Assembly (NCBI GenBank): GCA_964016885.1
Contig: OZ024742.1
Span: 356,934,001 to 356,998,000 of the forward strand
Direction of reading: 5' to 3'
DNA from: Eledone cirrhosa
Lineage: Eukaryota
DNA: 64,000 nucleotides
The notes under the pieces are model-generated. The model was not told the DNA's origin and did not search any database. It worked only from the letters and a program-made list of their open reading frames with translations. The translations under genes were made by a program, and so were the position numbers. Numbering within the stretch: position 1 is the stretch's first letter; each line of letters begins with the position of its first letter. Of this stretch, positions 13,618 through 27,800 are shown one piece after another.

Positions 13618-16600
13618 TTGTGACAACTACATGACCACTTTACAGTGTGGACTGAATACTTTTAGTTGTGTCACTAACGTGACCACTTTATAGTGTGGAC
13701 TGAGTACTTTTAGTTGTGACACATACATGACCACTTTACAGTGTGGACTGAGTACTTTTAGTTGTGACACTTACATGACCACTTTACAGTGTGGACTAAT
13801 TACATTTAGTTGTGACTCCTACATGACCACTTTACAGTGTAGACTGAGTACTTTTACTTGTGACACTTACATAACCACTTTACAGTGTGGACTAAGTATT
13901 TTAGTTGTGACACTTACGTGACCACTTTACAGTGTGGAGTGAGTAATTTTAGTTGTGACACTTACATGACCACTTTAGAGTGTGGACTGAATACTTTTAG
14001 TTGTGATAACTACATGACCACTTTACAGTGTGGACAGGGTACTTTTAGTTGTGACACATACATGACCACTTTACAGTGTGGACTGAATACTTTTAGTTGT
14101 GATACCTACATGACCGCTTTACAGTGTGGGCTCAGTACTTTTAGTTGTGACACTTACATGACCAGTTTACAGTGTGGACTGAGTACTTATAGTTGTGAAA
14201 CTTACATGACCACTTTACAGTGTGGACTAAGTACTTTTAGTTGTGACACTTACATGACCACTTTACAGGGTAGACTGAGTACTTTTAGTTGTGACACTTA
14301 CGTGACCACTTTACAGTGTGGACTGAGTACATTTAGTTGTGACAGTTACATGACCACTTTACAGTGTGGACTGAGTACTTTACGTTGTGACACCTACATG
14401 ACCACTTTACAGTGTGGACTAAGTACTTTTAGTTGTGACACTTACATGACAACTTTACAGTGTGGACTGAGTACTTTTAGTTGTGACACCTACATGACCA
14501 CTTTACAGTGTGGACTAAGTACTTTTAGTTGTGACACTTACATGACCATTTACAGTGTGGACTGAGTACTTTTAGATGTGACACCTACATGACCACTTTA
14601 CAGTGTGGACTGAGTACTTTTAGATGTGACACCTACATGACCACTTTACAGTGTGGACTGAGTACTTTTAGTTGTGATACTTACATGACCACTTTACAGT
14701 GTGGACAAAGTAATTTTAGTTGTGACACTTACATGACCAGTTTACAGTGTGGGCTGGGTACTTTTAGTTGTGACACCTACATGATCACTTTACAGTGTGG
14801 ACTGAGTACTTTTAGTTCTGACACTTACATGACCACGTTACAGTGTGGCCTGAGTACTTTTAGTTGTGACACTTACGTGACCTCTTTACAGTGTGGACTG
14901 AGTACTTTTATTTGTGACACTTCCATGAACACTTTACAGTGTGGACTAAGTACTTTTAGTTGTGACACTTATATGACCACTTTACGGTGTGGACTGAGTA
15001 CTTTTAGTTGTGACACCTACATGACAACTTTACAGTGTGGACTGAGTACTTTTAGTTGTGATACCTACATGACCACTTTACAGTGTGGACTGAGTACATT
15101 TAGTTGTGACATATACATGACAACTTTACAGTGTGGACTGAGTACTTTTAGTTGTGACACCTACATGACCACTTTATAGTCTGGACTAAGTACATTTAGT
15201 TGTGACACTTACATGAACACTTTACAGTGTGGACTGAGTACTTTTAGTTGTGAGACTTACATGACCACTTTACAGTGTGGACTGAGTACATTTAGTTGTG
15301 ACACTTACATGATCAGTTTACAGTGTGGACTAAGTACTTTTAGTTGTGAGACCTACATGACCACTTTCCAGTGTGGAGTGAGTACTTTTAGTTGTGACAT
15401 CTACATGACCACTTTGCAGTGTGGACTGAGAACTTTTACTTGTGACACTTACATGACCACTTTACAGTGTGGAGAGTACTTTTAGTTGTGACACCTACAT
15501 GACCACTTTACAGAGTTGACTGAGTACTTTTAGTTGTGACACCTACATGATCACTTTACAGTTTGGTCTGAGTACCTTAATTGTGACGCTTACATGACCA
15601 CTTTATAGTGTGGACTGAGTACTTTTAATTGTGACACCTATATGATCATTATACAATGTGGACTGAGTAATTTTAGTTGTGAAACTTACATGACCACTTT
15701 ACAGTGTGAACTGAGTACTTTTAGCTGTGACACTTACATGACCACTTTACAGTGTGGGCTGAGTACTTTTAGTTGTGACAACTACATGACCACTTTACAG
15801 TGTGGACTGAATACTTTTAGTTGTGTCACTAACGTGACCACTTTATAGTGTGGACTGAGTACTTTTAGTTGTGACACATACATGACCACTTTACAGTGTG
15901 GACTGAGTACTTTTAGTTGTGACACTTACATGACCACTTTACAGTGTGGACTAATTACATTTAGTTGTGACTCCTACATGACCACTTTACAGTGTAGACT
16001 GAGTACTTTTACTTGTGACACTTACATAACCACTTTACAGTGTGGACTAAGTATTTTAGTTGTGACACTTACGTGACCACTTTACAGTGTGGAGTGAGTA
16101 ATTTTAGTTGTGACACTTACATGACCACTTTAGAGTGTGGACTGAATACTTTTAGTTGTGATAACTACATGACCACTTTACAGTGTGGACAGGGTACTTT
16201 TAGTTGTGACACCTACATGACCACTTTACAGTGTGGACTGAATACTTTTAGTTGTGATACCTACATGACCGCTTTACAGTGTGGGCTCAGTACTTTTAGT
16301 TGTGACACTTACATGACCAGTTTACAGTGTGGACTGAGTACTTATAGTTGTGAAACTTACATGACCACTTTACAGTGTGGACTAAGTACTTTTAGTTGTG
16401 ACACTTACATGACCACTTTACAGGGTAGACTGAGTACTTTTAGTTGTGACACTTACGTGACCACTTTACAGTGTGGACTGAGTACATTTAGTTGTGACAG
16501 TTACATGACCACTTTACAGTGTGGACTGAGTACTTTACGTTGTGACACCTACATGACCACTTTACAGTGTGGACTAAGTACTTTTAGTTGTGACACTTAC

Positions 16601-17935
16601 ATGACAACTTTACAGTGTGGACTGAGTACTTTTAGTTGTGACACCTACATGACCACTTTACAGTGTGGACTAAGTACTTTTAGTTGTGACACTTACATGA
16701 CCATTTACAGTGTGGACTGAGTACTTTTAGATGTGACACCTACATGACCACTTTACAGTGTGGACTGAGTACTTTTAGATGTGACACCTACATGACCACT
16801 TTACAGTGTGGACTGAGTACTTTTAGTTGTGATACTTACATGACCACTTTACAGTGTGGACAAAGTAATTTTAGTTGTGACACTTACATGACCAGTTTAC
16901 AGTGTGGGCTGGGTACTTTTAGTTGTGACACCTACATGATCACTTTACAGTGTGGACTGAGTACTTTTAGTTCTGACACTTACATGACCACGTTACAGTG
17001 TGGCCTGAGTACTTTTAGTTGTGACACTTACGTGACCTCTTTACAGTGTGGACTGAGTACTTTTATTTGTGACACTTCCATGAACACTTTACAGTGTGGA
17101 CTAAGTACTTTTAGTTGTGACACTTATATGACCACTTTACAGTGTGGACTGAGTACTTTTAGTTGTGACACCTACATGACAACTTTACAGTGTGGACTGA
17201 GTACTTTTAGTTGTGATACCTACATGACCACTTTACAGTGTGGACTGAGTACATTTAGTTGTGACATATACATGACAACTTTACAGTGTGGACTGAGTAC
17301 TTTTAGTTGTGACACCTACATGACCACTTTATAGTCTGGACTAAGTACATTTAGTTGTGACACTTACATGAACACTTTACAGTGTGGACTGAGTACTTTT
17401 AGTTGTGAGACTTACATGACCACTTTACAGTGTGGACTGAGTACATTTAGTTGTGACACTTACATGATCAGTTTACAGTGTGGACTAAGTACTTTTAGTT
17501 GTGAGACCTACATGACCACTTTCCAGTGTGGAGTGAGTACTTTTAGTTGTGACATCTACATGACCACTTTGCAGTGTGGACTGAGAACTTTTACTTGTGA
17601 CACTTACATGACCACTTTACAGTGTGGAGAGTACTTTTAGTTGTGACACCTACATGACCACTTTACAGAGTTGACTGAGTACTTTTAGTTGTGACACCTA
17701 CATGATCACTTTACAGTTTGGTCTGAGTACCTTAATTGTGACGCTTACATGACCACTTTATAGTGTGGACTGAGTACTTTTAATTGTGACACCTATATGA
17801 TCATTATACAATGTGGACTGAGTAATTTTAGTTGTGAAACTTACATGACCACTTTACAGTGTGAACTGAGTACTTTTAGCTGTGACACTTACATGACCAC
17901 TTTACAGTGTGGGCTGAGTACTTTTAGTTGTGACA
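13618..17935 (+). repeat. Tandem duplication of a 2155-bp (45-monomer) higher-order unit
   Basis: ORF starts 13727/15882, 13885/16040, 14589/16744, 15213/17368 and 15642/17797 are all +2155 with essentially identical variant strings. Confidence 0.93.
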
Positions 17936-18803
17936 CTTACATGACCAGTTCACAGTGTGGACTGAGTACTTTTAGTTGCAACACTTACATGACCACTTTA
18001 CAGTGTGGACTAATTACATTTAGTTGTGACTACTACATGACCACTTTACAGTGTGGACTGAGTACTGTTAGTTGTGACACATACTTGACCACTTTACAGT
18101 GTGGACTAAGTATTTTAGTTGTGACACTTACGTGACCACTTTACAGTGTGGACTGAGTAATTTTAGTTGTGACACTTACATGACCACTTTAGAGTGTGGA
18201 CTGAATACTTTTAGTTGTGATAACTACATGACCACTTTACAGTGTGGACAGGGTACTTTTAGTTGTGACACCTACATGACCACTTTACAGTGTGGACTGA
18301 ATACTTTTAGTTGTGATACCTACATGACCGCTTTGCAGTGTGGGCTCAGTACTTTTAGTTGTGACACTTACATGACCAGTTTACAGTGTGGACTGAGTAC
18401 TTTTAGTTGTGAAACTTACATGACCACTTTACAGTGTGGACTAAGTACTTTTAGTTGTGACACTTACATGACCACTTTACAGGGTAGATTGAGTACTTTT
18501 AGTAGTGACACTTACGTGACCACTTTACAGTGTGGACTGAGTACATTTAGTTGTGACATTTACATGACCACTTTACAGTGTGGACTGAGTACTTTAAGTG
18601 GTGACACCTACATGACCACTTTACAGTGTGGACTAAGTACTTTTAGTTGTGACACTTACATGACAACTTTACAGTGTGGACTGAGTACTTTTAGTTGTGA
18701 CACCTACATGACCACTTTACAGAGTGGACTGAGTACTTTTAGTTGTGACACTTACATGACCACTTTACAGAGTGGACTGAGTACTTTTACTTGTGACACC
18801 TAC

Positions 18804-20195
18804 ATGTCCAACTTGCAGTGTGGACTGAGTACCTTTACTTGTGACACCTACATGACCTCTTTACAGTGTGGACTGAGTACTTTTAGTTGTGATACTTACA
18901 TGACCACTTTACAGAGTGGACTGAGTACTTTTATTTGTGACAACTACATGACCACTTTACAGTGTGGACTGAATACTTTTAGTTGTGACACTAACGTGAC
19001 CACTTTATAGTGTGGACTGAGTACTTTTAGTTGTGACACATACATGACCACTTTACAGTGTGGACTGAGTACTTTTAGTTGTGACACTTACATGACCACT
19101 TTACAGTGTGGACTAATTACATTTAGTTGTGACTCCTACATGACCACTTTACAGTGTAGACTGAGTACTTTTACTTGTGACACTTACATAACCACTTTAC
19201 AGTGTGGACTAAGTATTTTAGTTGTGACACTTACGTGACCACTTTACAGTGTGGAGTGAGTAATTTTAGTTGTGACACTTACATGACCACTTTAGAGTGT
19301 GGACTGAATACTTTTAGTTGTGATAACTACATGACCACTTTACAGTGTGGACAGGGTACTTTTAGTTGTGACACCTACATGACCACTTTACAGTGTGGAC
19401 TGAATACTTTTAGTTGTGATACCTACATGACCGCTTTACAGTGTGGGCTCAGTACTTTTAGTTGTGACACTTACATGACCAGTTTACAGTGTGGACTGAG
19501 TACTTTTAGTTGTGAAACTTACATGACCACTTTACAGTGTGGACTAAGTACTTTTAGTTGTGACACTTACATGACCACTTTACAGGGTAGACTGAGTACT
19601 TTTAGTTGTGACACTTACGTGACCACTTTACAGTGTGGACTGAGTACATTTAGTTGTGACAGTTACATGACCACTTTACAGTGTGGACTGAGTACTTTAC
19701 GTTGTGACACCTACATGACCACTTTACAGTGTGGACTAAGTACTTTTAGTTGTGACACTTACATGACAACTTTACAGTGTGGACTGAGTACTTTTAGTTG
19801 TGACACCTACATGACCACTTTACAGTGTGGACTAAGTACTTTTAGTTGTGACACTTACATGACCATTTACAGTGTGGACTGAGTACTTTTAGATGTGACA
19901 CCTACATGACCACTTTACAGTGTGGACTGAGTACTTTTAGATGTGACACCTACATGACCACTTTACAGTGTGGACTGAGTACTTTTAGTTGTGATACTTA
20001 CATGACCACTTTACTGTGTGGACAAAGTAATTTTCGTTGTGACACATACATGACCAGTTTACAGTGTGGGCTGGGTACTTTTAGTTGTGACACCTACATG
20101 ATCACTTTACAGTGTGGACTGAGTACTTTTAGTTCTGACACTTACATGACCACGTTACAGTGTGGCCTGAGTACTTTTAGTTGTGACACTTACGT
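18804..20195 (+). repeat. Further copy of the block at 13487-14880 (offset 5317)
   Basis: ORF starts 13727/19044, 13885/19202 and 14589/19906 are +5317. The string tgtccaacttgcag...agtacctttact is shared. Confidence 0.85.
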
Positions 20196-21899
20196 GACCA
20201 CTTTACAGTGTGGACTGAGTACATTTAGTTGTGATACTTACATGACCACTTTACAGTGTGGACTGAGTACTTTTAGTTGTGACACTTACATGACCACTTT
20301 ATAGTGTGGACTGAGTACTTTTAGTTGTGACACCTACATGACCACTTTACAGAGTGGACTGAGTACTTTTAGTTGTGAAACCTACATGACCACTTTACAG
20401 TGTGGACTAAGTACTTTTAGTTGTGACATTTACATGACAACTTTACAGTGTGGACTGTGTACTTTCATTTGTGACACTTACATGATCAATTTACAGTGTG
20501 GACTGAGTACTTTTACTTGTGAAACCTACATGAGCACTTTACAGTGTGGACTGAGTACTTTTAGTTGTGACACCTACATGACCACTTTACAGTGTGGAAT
20601 AAGTACTTTTAGTTGTGACACCTACATGACCACTTTACAGTGTGGACTAAGTACTTTTAGTGGTGACACTTACATGACCACTTTACAGTGTGGACTGAGT
20701 ACTTTTAGATGTGAAACATACATGACCACATTACAGAGTGGACTGTGTACTTTTAGTTGTGACACTTGCATGGCCACTTTACAGAGTGGACTGAGTACTT
20801 TTAGATGTGACACCAACATGACCACTTTACAGTGTTGACAGAGTACTTTTAGTTGTGACACTTACATGACCACTTTACAGTGTGGACTGAGTACTTTTAT
20901 TTGTGACACTTCCATGAACACTTTACAGTGTGGACTAAGTACTTTTAGTTGTGAGACTTATATGACCACTTTACAGTGTGGACTGAGTACATTTAGTTGT
21001 GACATATACATGACAACTTTACAGTGTGGACTGAGTACTTTTAGTTGTGACACCTACATGACCACTTTATAGTCTGGACTAAGTACATTTAGTTGTGACA
21101 CTTACATGAACACTTTACAGTGTGGACTGAGTACTTTTAGTTGTGAGACTTACATGACCACTTTACAGTGTGGACTGAGTACATTTAGTTGTGACACTTA
21201 CATGATCAGTTTACAGTGTGGACTAAGTACTTTTAGTTGTGAGACCTACATGACCACTTTCCAGTGTGGAGTGAGTACTTTTAGTTGTGACACTTACATG
21301 ACCACTTTACAGTGTGGAGAGTACTTTTAGTTGTGACACCTACATGACCACTTTACAGAGTTGACTGAGTACTTTTAGTTGTGACACCTACATGATCACT
21401 TTACAGTTTTGTCTGAGTACCTTAATTGTGACGCTTACATGACCACTTTATAGTGTGGACTGAGAACTTTTAGTTGTGACACCTATATGATCATTATACA
21501 ATGTGGACTGAGTAATTTTAGTTGTGAAACTTACATGACCACTTTACAGTGTGAACTGAGTACTTTTAGCTGTGACACTTACATGACCACTTTACAGTGT
21601 GAACTAAGTACTTTTAGTAGTGACACTTAATATGACCACTTAACAGTGTGGGCTGAGTACTTTTAGTTGTGACACTTACATGACCACTTCACAGTGTGGA
21701 CTGAGTACTTTTAGTTGCGACACTTACATGACCACTTTACAGTGTGGACTGAGTACTTTTAGTTGTGACACTTACACGACCACTTTACAGTGTGGACTGA
21801 GTACTTTTAGTTGTGGCACTTACATGACCACTTTACAGTGTGATTGAGTAATTTTAGTTGTGACACCTACATGACCACTTTAAATTGTGGACTGAGAAA

Positions 21900-24800
21900 T
21901 TTTAGTTGTGACACTTACATGGCCACTTTACAGTGTAGACTGAGTACTTTTAGTTGTGATACTTACATGACCACTTTACAGAGAGGACTGAGTACTTTTA
22001 GTTGTGACACTTACATGACCACTTTTCAGAGTGGACTGAGTACTTTTAGTTGTGACACCTACATGTCCAACTTGCAGTGTGGACTGAGTATTTTTACTTG
22101 TGACACCTACATGACCTCTTTACAGTGTGGACTACGTACTTTTAGTTGTGACACTTACGTGACCACTTTATAGTGTGGACTGAGTACTTTTAGTTGTGAC
22201 ACTTACATGAACACTTTACAGTGTGGACTGAGTACTTTTAGTTCTGACACTTACATGACCAATTTACAGTGTGTACTGAGAACTTTTAGTTGTGACACAT
22301 ACATGACCACTTTACAGAGTGGACTAAGTACTTTTAGTAGTGACACTTAATATGACCACTTTACAGTGTGGGCTGAGTACTTTTAGTTGTGACACTTACA
22401 TGACCACTTTACAGTGTGGACTGAGTACTTCTAGTTGCGACACTTACATGACCACTTTACAGTGTGGACTGAGTATTTTTAGTTGTGACACTTACACGAC
22501 CACTTTACAGTGTGGATTGAGTACTTTTAGTTGTGGCACTTACATGACCACTTTACAGTGTGATTGAGTAATTTTAGTTGTGACACCTACATGACCTCTT
22601 TAAAGTGTGGACTGAGTAATTTTAGTTGTGACACCTACATGACCACTTTACAGTGTGGACTGAGTACTTTTAATTGTGACACTTACATGACTACTCTACA
22701 GTGTGGACTGAGTACTTTTAGTTGTGAGACCTACATGACCACGTTACAGTGTGGACTGAGTATTTTAGTTGTGTCACCTACATGACCACTTTACAGTGTG
22801 AACTGAAAACTTTTGGTTGTGACACCTACATGACTACTTTACAGTGTGGACTGAGTACTTTTAGTTGTGACACCTACAGGACCACTTTACAGTGTGGACT
22901 GAGTATTTTAGTTGTGACACCTACATGACCAGTTTACAGAGTGGACTGAGTACTTTTAGTTGTGACACCTACACGACCAGTTTACAGTGTGGACTGGGTA
23001 CTTTTACTTGTGACACATACATGACCAGTTTACAGAGTGGACTGAGTACTTTTAGTTGTGACACCTACACGACCAGTTTACAGTGTGGACTGGGTACTTT
23101 TACTTGTGACACTTACATGACCACTTTACAGTGTGGACTAATTACATTTAGTTGTGACTCCTACATGACCACTTTACAGTGTGGACTGAGTACATTTAGT
23201 TGTGACACTTACATGATCAGTTTACAGTGTGGACTAAGTACTTTTAGTTGTGAGACCTACATGACCACTTTCCAGTGTGGAGTGAGTACTTTTAGTTGTG
23301 ACATCTACATGACCACTTTGCAGTGTGGACTGAGAACTTTTACTTGTGACACTTACATGACCACTTTACAGTGTGGAGAGTACTTTTAGTTGTGACACCT
23401 ACATGACCACTTTACAGAGTTGACTGAGTACTTTTAGTTGTGACACCTACATGATCACTTTACAGTTTGGTCTGAGTACCTTAATTGTGACGCTTACATG
23501 ACCACTTTATAGTGTGGACTGAGTACTTTTAATTGTGACACCTATATGATCATTATACAATGTGGACTGAGTAATTTTAGTTGTGAAACTTACATGACCA
23601 CTTTACAGTGTGAACTGAGTACTTTTAGCTGTGACACTTACATGACCACTTTACAGTGTGAACTAAGTACTTTTAGTAGTGACACTTAATATGACCACTT
23701 TACAGTGTGGGCTGAGTACTTTTAGTTGTGACACTTACATGACCACTTCACAGTGTGGACTGAGTACTTTTAGTTGCGACACTTACATGACCACTTTACA
23801 GTGTGGACTGAGTACTTTTAGTTGTGACACTTACACGACCACTTTACAGTGTGGACTGAGTACTTTTAGTTGTGGCACTTACATGACCACTTTACAGTGT
23901 GATTGAGTAATTTTAGTTGTGACACCTACATGACCACTTTAAATTGTGGACTGAGAAATTTTAGTTGTGACACCTACATGACCACTTTACAGTGTGAACT
24001 GAGTACTTTTAACTGTGACACTTACATGACTACTTTACAGTGTGGACTGAGTACTTTTAGTTGTGAGACCTACATGACCACATTACAGTGTGGTCTGAGT
24101 ACTTTTAGTTGTGACACTTACATGGCCACTTTACAGTGTAGACTGAGTACTTTTAGTTGTGATACTTACATGACCACTTTACAGAGAGGACTGAGTACTT
24201 TTAGTTGTGACACTTACATGACCACTTTTCAGAGTGGACTGAGTACTTTTAGTTGTGACACCTACATGTCCAACTTGCAGTGTGGACTGAGTATTTTTAC
24301 TTGTGACACCTACATGACCTCTTTACAGTGTGGACTACGTACTTTTAGTTGTGACACTTACGTGACCACTTTATAGTGTGGACTGAGTACTTTTAGTTGT
24401 GACACTTACATGAACACTTTACACTGTGGACTGAGTACTTTTAGTTCTGACACTTACATGACCACTTTACAGTGTGTACTGAGAACTTTTAGTTGTGACA
24501 CATACATGACCACTTTACAGAGTGGACTAAGTACTTTTAGTAGTGACACTTAATATGACCACTTTACAGTGTGGGCTGAGTACTTTTAGTTGTGACACTT
24601 ACATGACCACTTTACAGTGTGGACTGAGTACTTCTAGTTGCGACACTTACATGACCACTTTACAGTGTGGACTGAGTATTTTTAGTTGTGTCACTTACAC
24701 GACCACTTTACAGTGTGGATTGAGTACTTTTAGTTGTGGCACTTACATGACCACTTTACAGTGTGATTGAGTAATTTTAGTTGTGACACCTACATGACCT

Positions 24801-27800
24801 CTTTAAAGTGTGGACTGAGTAATTTTAGTTGTGACACCTACATGACCACTTTACAGTGTGGACTGAGTACTTTTAATTGTGACACTTACATGACTACTCT
24901 ACAGTGTGGACTGAGTACTTTTAGTTGTGAGACCTACATGACCACGTTACAGTGTGGACTAAGTATTTTAGTTGTGTCACCTACATGACCACTTTACAGT
25001 GTGAACTGAAAACTTTTGGTTGTGACACCTACATGACTACTTTACAGTGTGGACTGAGTACTTTTAGTTGTGACACCTACAGGACCACTTTACAGTGTGG
25101 ACTGAGTATTTTAGTTGTGACACCTACATGACCAGTTTACAGAGTGGACTGAGTACTTTTAGTTGTGACACCTACACGACCAGTTTACAGTGTGGACTGG
25201 GTACTTTTACTTGTGACACATACATGACCAGTTTACAGAGTGGACTGAGTACTTTTAGTTGTGACACCTACACGACCAGTTTACAGTGTGGACTGGGTAC
25301 TTTTACTTGTGACACTTACATGACCACTTTACAGTGTGGACTAATTACATTTAGTTGTGACTCCTACATGACCACTTTACAGTGTGGACTGAGTACATTT
25401 AGTTGTGACACTTACATGATCAGTTTACAGTGTGGACTAAGTACTTTTAGTTGTGAGACCTACATGACCACTTTCCAGTGTGGAGTGAGTACTTTTAGTT
25501 GTGACATCTACATGACCACTTTGCAGTGTGGACTGAGAACTTTTACTTGTGACACTTACATGACCACTTTACAGTGTGGAGAGTACTTTTAGTTGTGACA
25601 CCTACATGACCACTTTACAGAGTTGACTGAGTACTTTTAGTTGTGACACCTACATGATCACTTTACAGTTTGGTCTGAGTACCTTAATTGTGACGCTTAC
25701 ATGACCACTTTATAGTGTGGACTGAGTACTTTTAATTGTGACACCTATATGATCATTATACAATGTGGACTGAGTAATTTTAGTTGTGAAACTTACATGA
25801 CCACTTTACAGTGTGAACTGAGTACTTTTAGCTGTGACACTTACATGACCACTTTACAGTGTGAACTAAGTACTTTTAGTAGTGACACTTAATATGACCA
25901 CTTTACAGTGTGGGCTGAGTACTTTTAGTTGTGACACTTACATGACCACTTCACAGTGTGGACTGAGTACTTTTAGTTGCGACACTTACATGACCACTTT
26001 ACAGTGTGGACTGAGTACTTTTAGTTGTGACACTTACACGACCAATTTACAGTGTGGACTGAGTACTTTTAGTTGTGGCACTTACATGACCACTTTACAG
26101 TGTGATTGAGTAATTTTAGTTGTGACACCTACATGACCACTTTAAATTGTGGACTGAGAAATTTTAGTTGTGACACCTACATGACCACTTTACAGTGTGA
26201 ACTGAGTACTTTTAACTGTGACACTTACATGACTACTTTACAGTGTGGACTGAGTACTTTTAGTTGTGAGACCTACATGACCACATTACAGTGTGGTCTG
26301 AGTACTTTTAGTTGTGACACTTACATGGCCACTTTACAGTGTAGACTGAGTACTTTTAGTTGTGATACTTACATGACCACTTTACAGAGAGGACTGAGTA
26401 CTTTTAGTTGTGACACTTACATGACCACTTTTCAGAGTGGACTGAGTACTTTTAGTTGTGACACCTACATGTCCAACTTGCAGTGTGGACTGAGTATTTT
26501 TACTTGTGACACCTACATGACCTCTTTACAGTGTGGACTACGTACTTTTAGTTGTGACACTTACGTGACCACTTTATAGTGTGGACTGAGTACTTTTAGT
26601 TGTGACACTTACATGAACACTTTACACTGTGGACTGAGTACTTTTAGTTCTGACACTTACATGACCACTTTACAGTGTGTACTGAGAACTTTTAGTTGTG
26701 ACACATACATGACCACTTTACAGAGTGGACTAAGTACTTTTAGTAGTGACACTTAATATGACCACTTTACAGTGTGGGCTGAGTACTTTTAGTTGTGACA
26801 CTTACATGACCACTTTACAGTGTGGACTGAGTACTTCTAGTTGCGACACTTACATGACCACTTTACAGTGTGGACTGAGTATTTTTAGTTGTGACACTTA
26901 CACGACCACTTTACAGTGTGGATTGAGTACTTTTAGTTGTGGCACTTACATGACCACTTTACAGTGTGATTGAGTAATTTTAGTTGTGACACCTACATGA
27001 CCTCTTTAAAGTGTGGACTGAGTAATTTTAGTTGTGACACCTACATGACCACTTTACAGTGTGGACTGAGTACTTTTAATTGTGACACTTACATGACTAC
27101 TCTACAGTGTGGACTGAGTACTTTTAGTTGTGAGACCTACATGACCACGTTACAGTGTGGACTAAGTATTTTAGTTGTGTCACCTACATGACCACTTTAC
27201 AGTGTGAACTGAAAACTTTTGGTTGTGACACCTACATGACTACTTTACAGTGTGGACTGAGTACTTTTAGTTGTGACACCTACAGGACCACTTTACAGTG
27301 TGGACTGAGTATTTTAGTTGTGACACCTACATGACCAGTTTACAGAGTGGACTGAGTACTTTTAGTTGTGACACCTACACGACCAGTTTACAGTGTGGAC
27401 TGGGTACTTTTACTTGTGACACATACATGACCAGTTTACAGAGTGGACTGAGTACTTTTAGTTGTGACACCTACACGACCAGTTTACAGTGTGGACTGGT
27501 TACTTTTACTTGTGACACTTACATGACCACTTTACTGTGTGGACTAATTACATTTAGTTGTGACTCCTACATGACCACTTTACAGTGTGGACTGAGTACA
27601 TTTAGTTGTGACACTTACATGATCAGTTTACAGTGTGGACTAAGTACTTTTAGTTGTGAGACCTACATGACCACTTTCCAGTGTGGAGTGAGTACTTTTA
27701 GTTGTGACATCTACATGACCACTTTGCAGTGTGGACTGAGAACTTTTACTTGTGACACTTACATGACCACTTTACAGTGTGGAGAGTACTTTTAGTTGTG

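Noticed and set aside
20670-20861. Only minus-strand ORF (63 aa)
   Set aside because: It is a chance run of variant monomers that removes the usual TAA/TAG stop. The consensus has stops in all three minus-strand frames.
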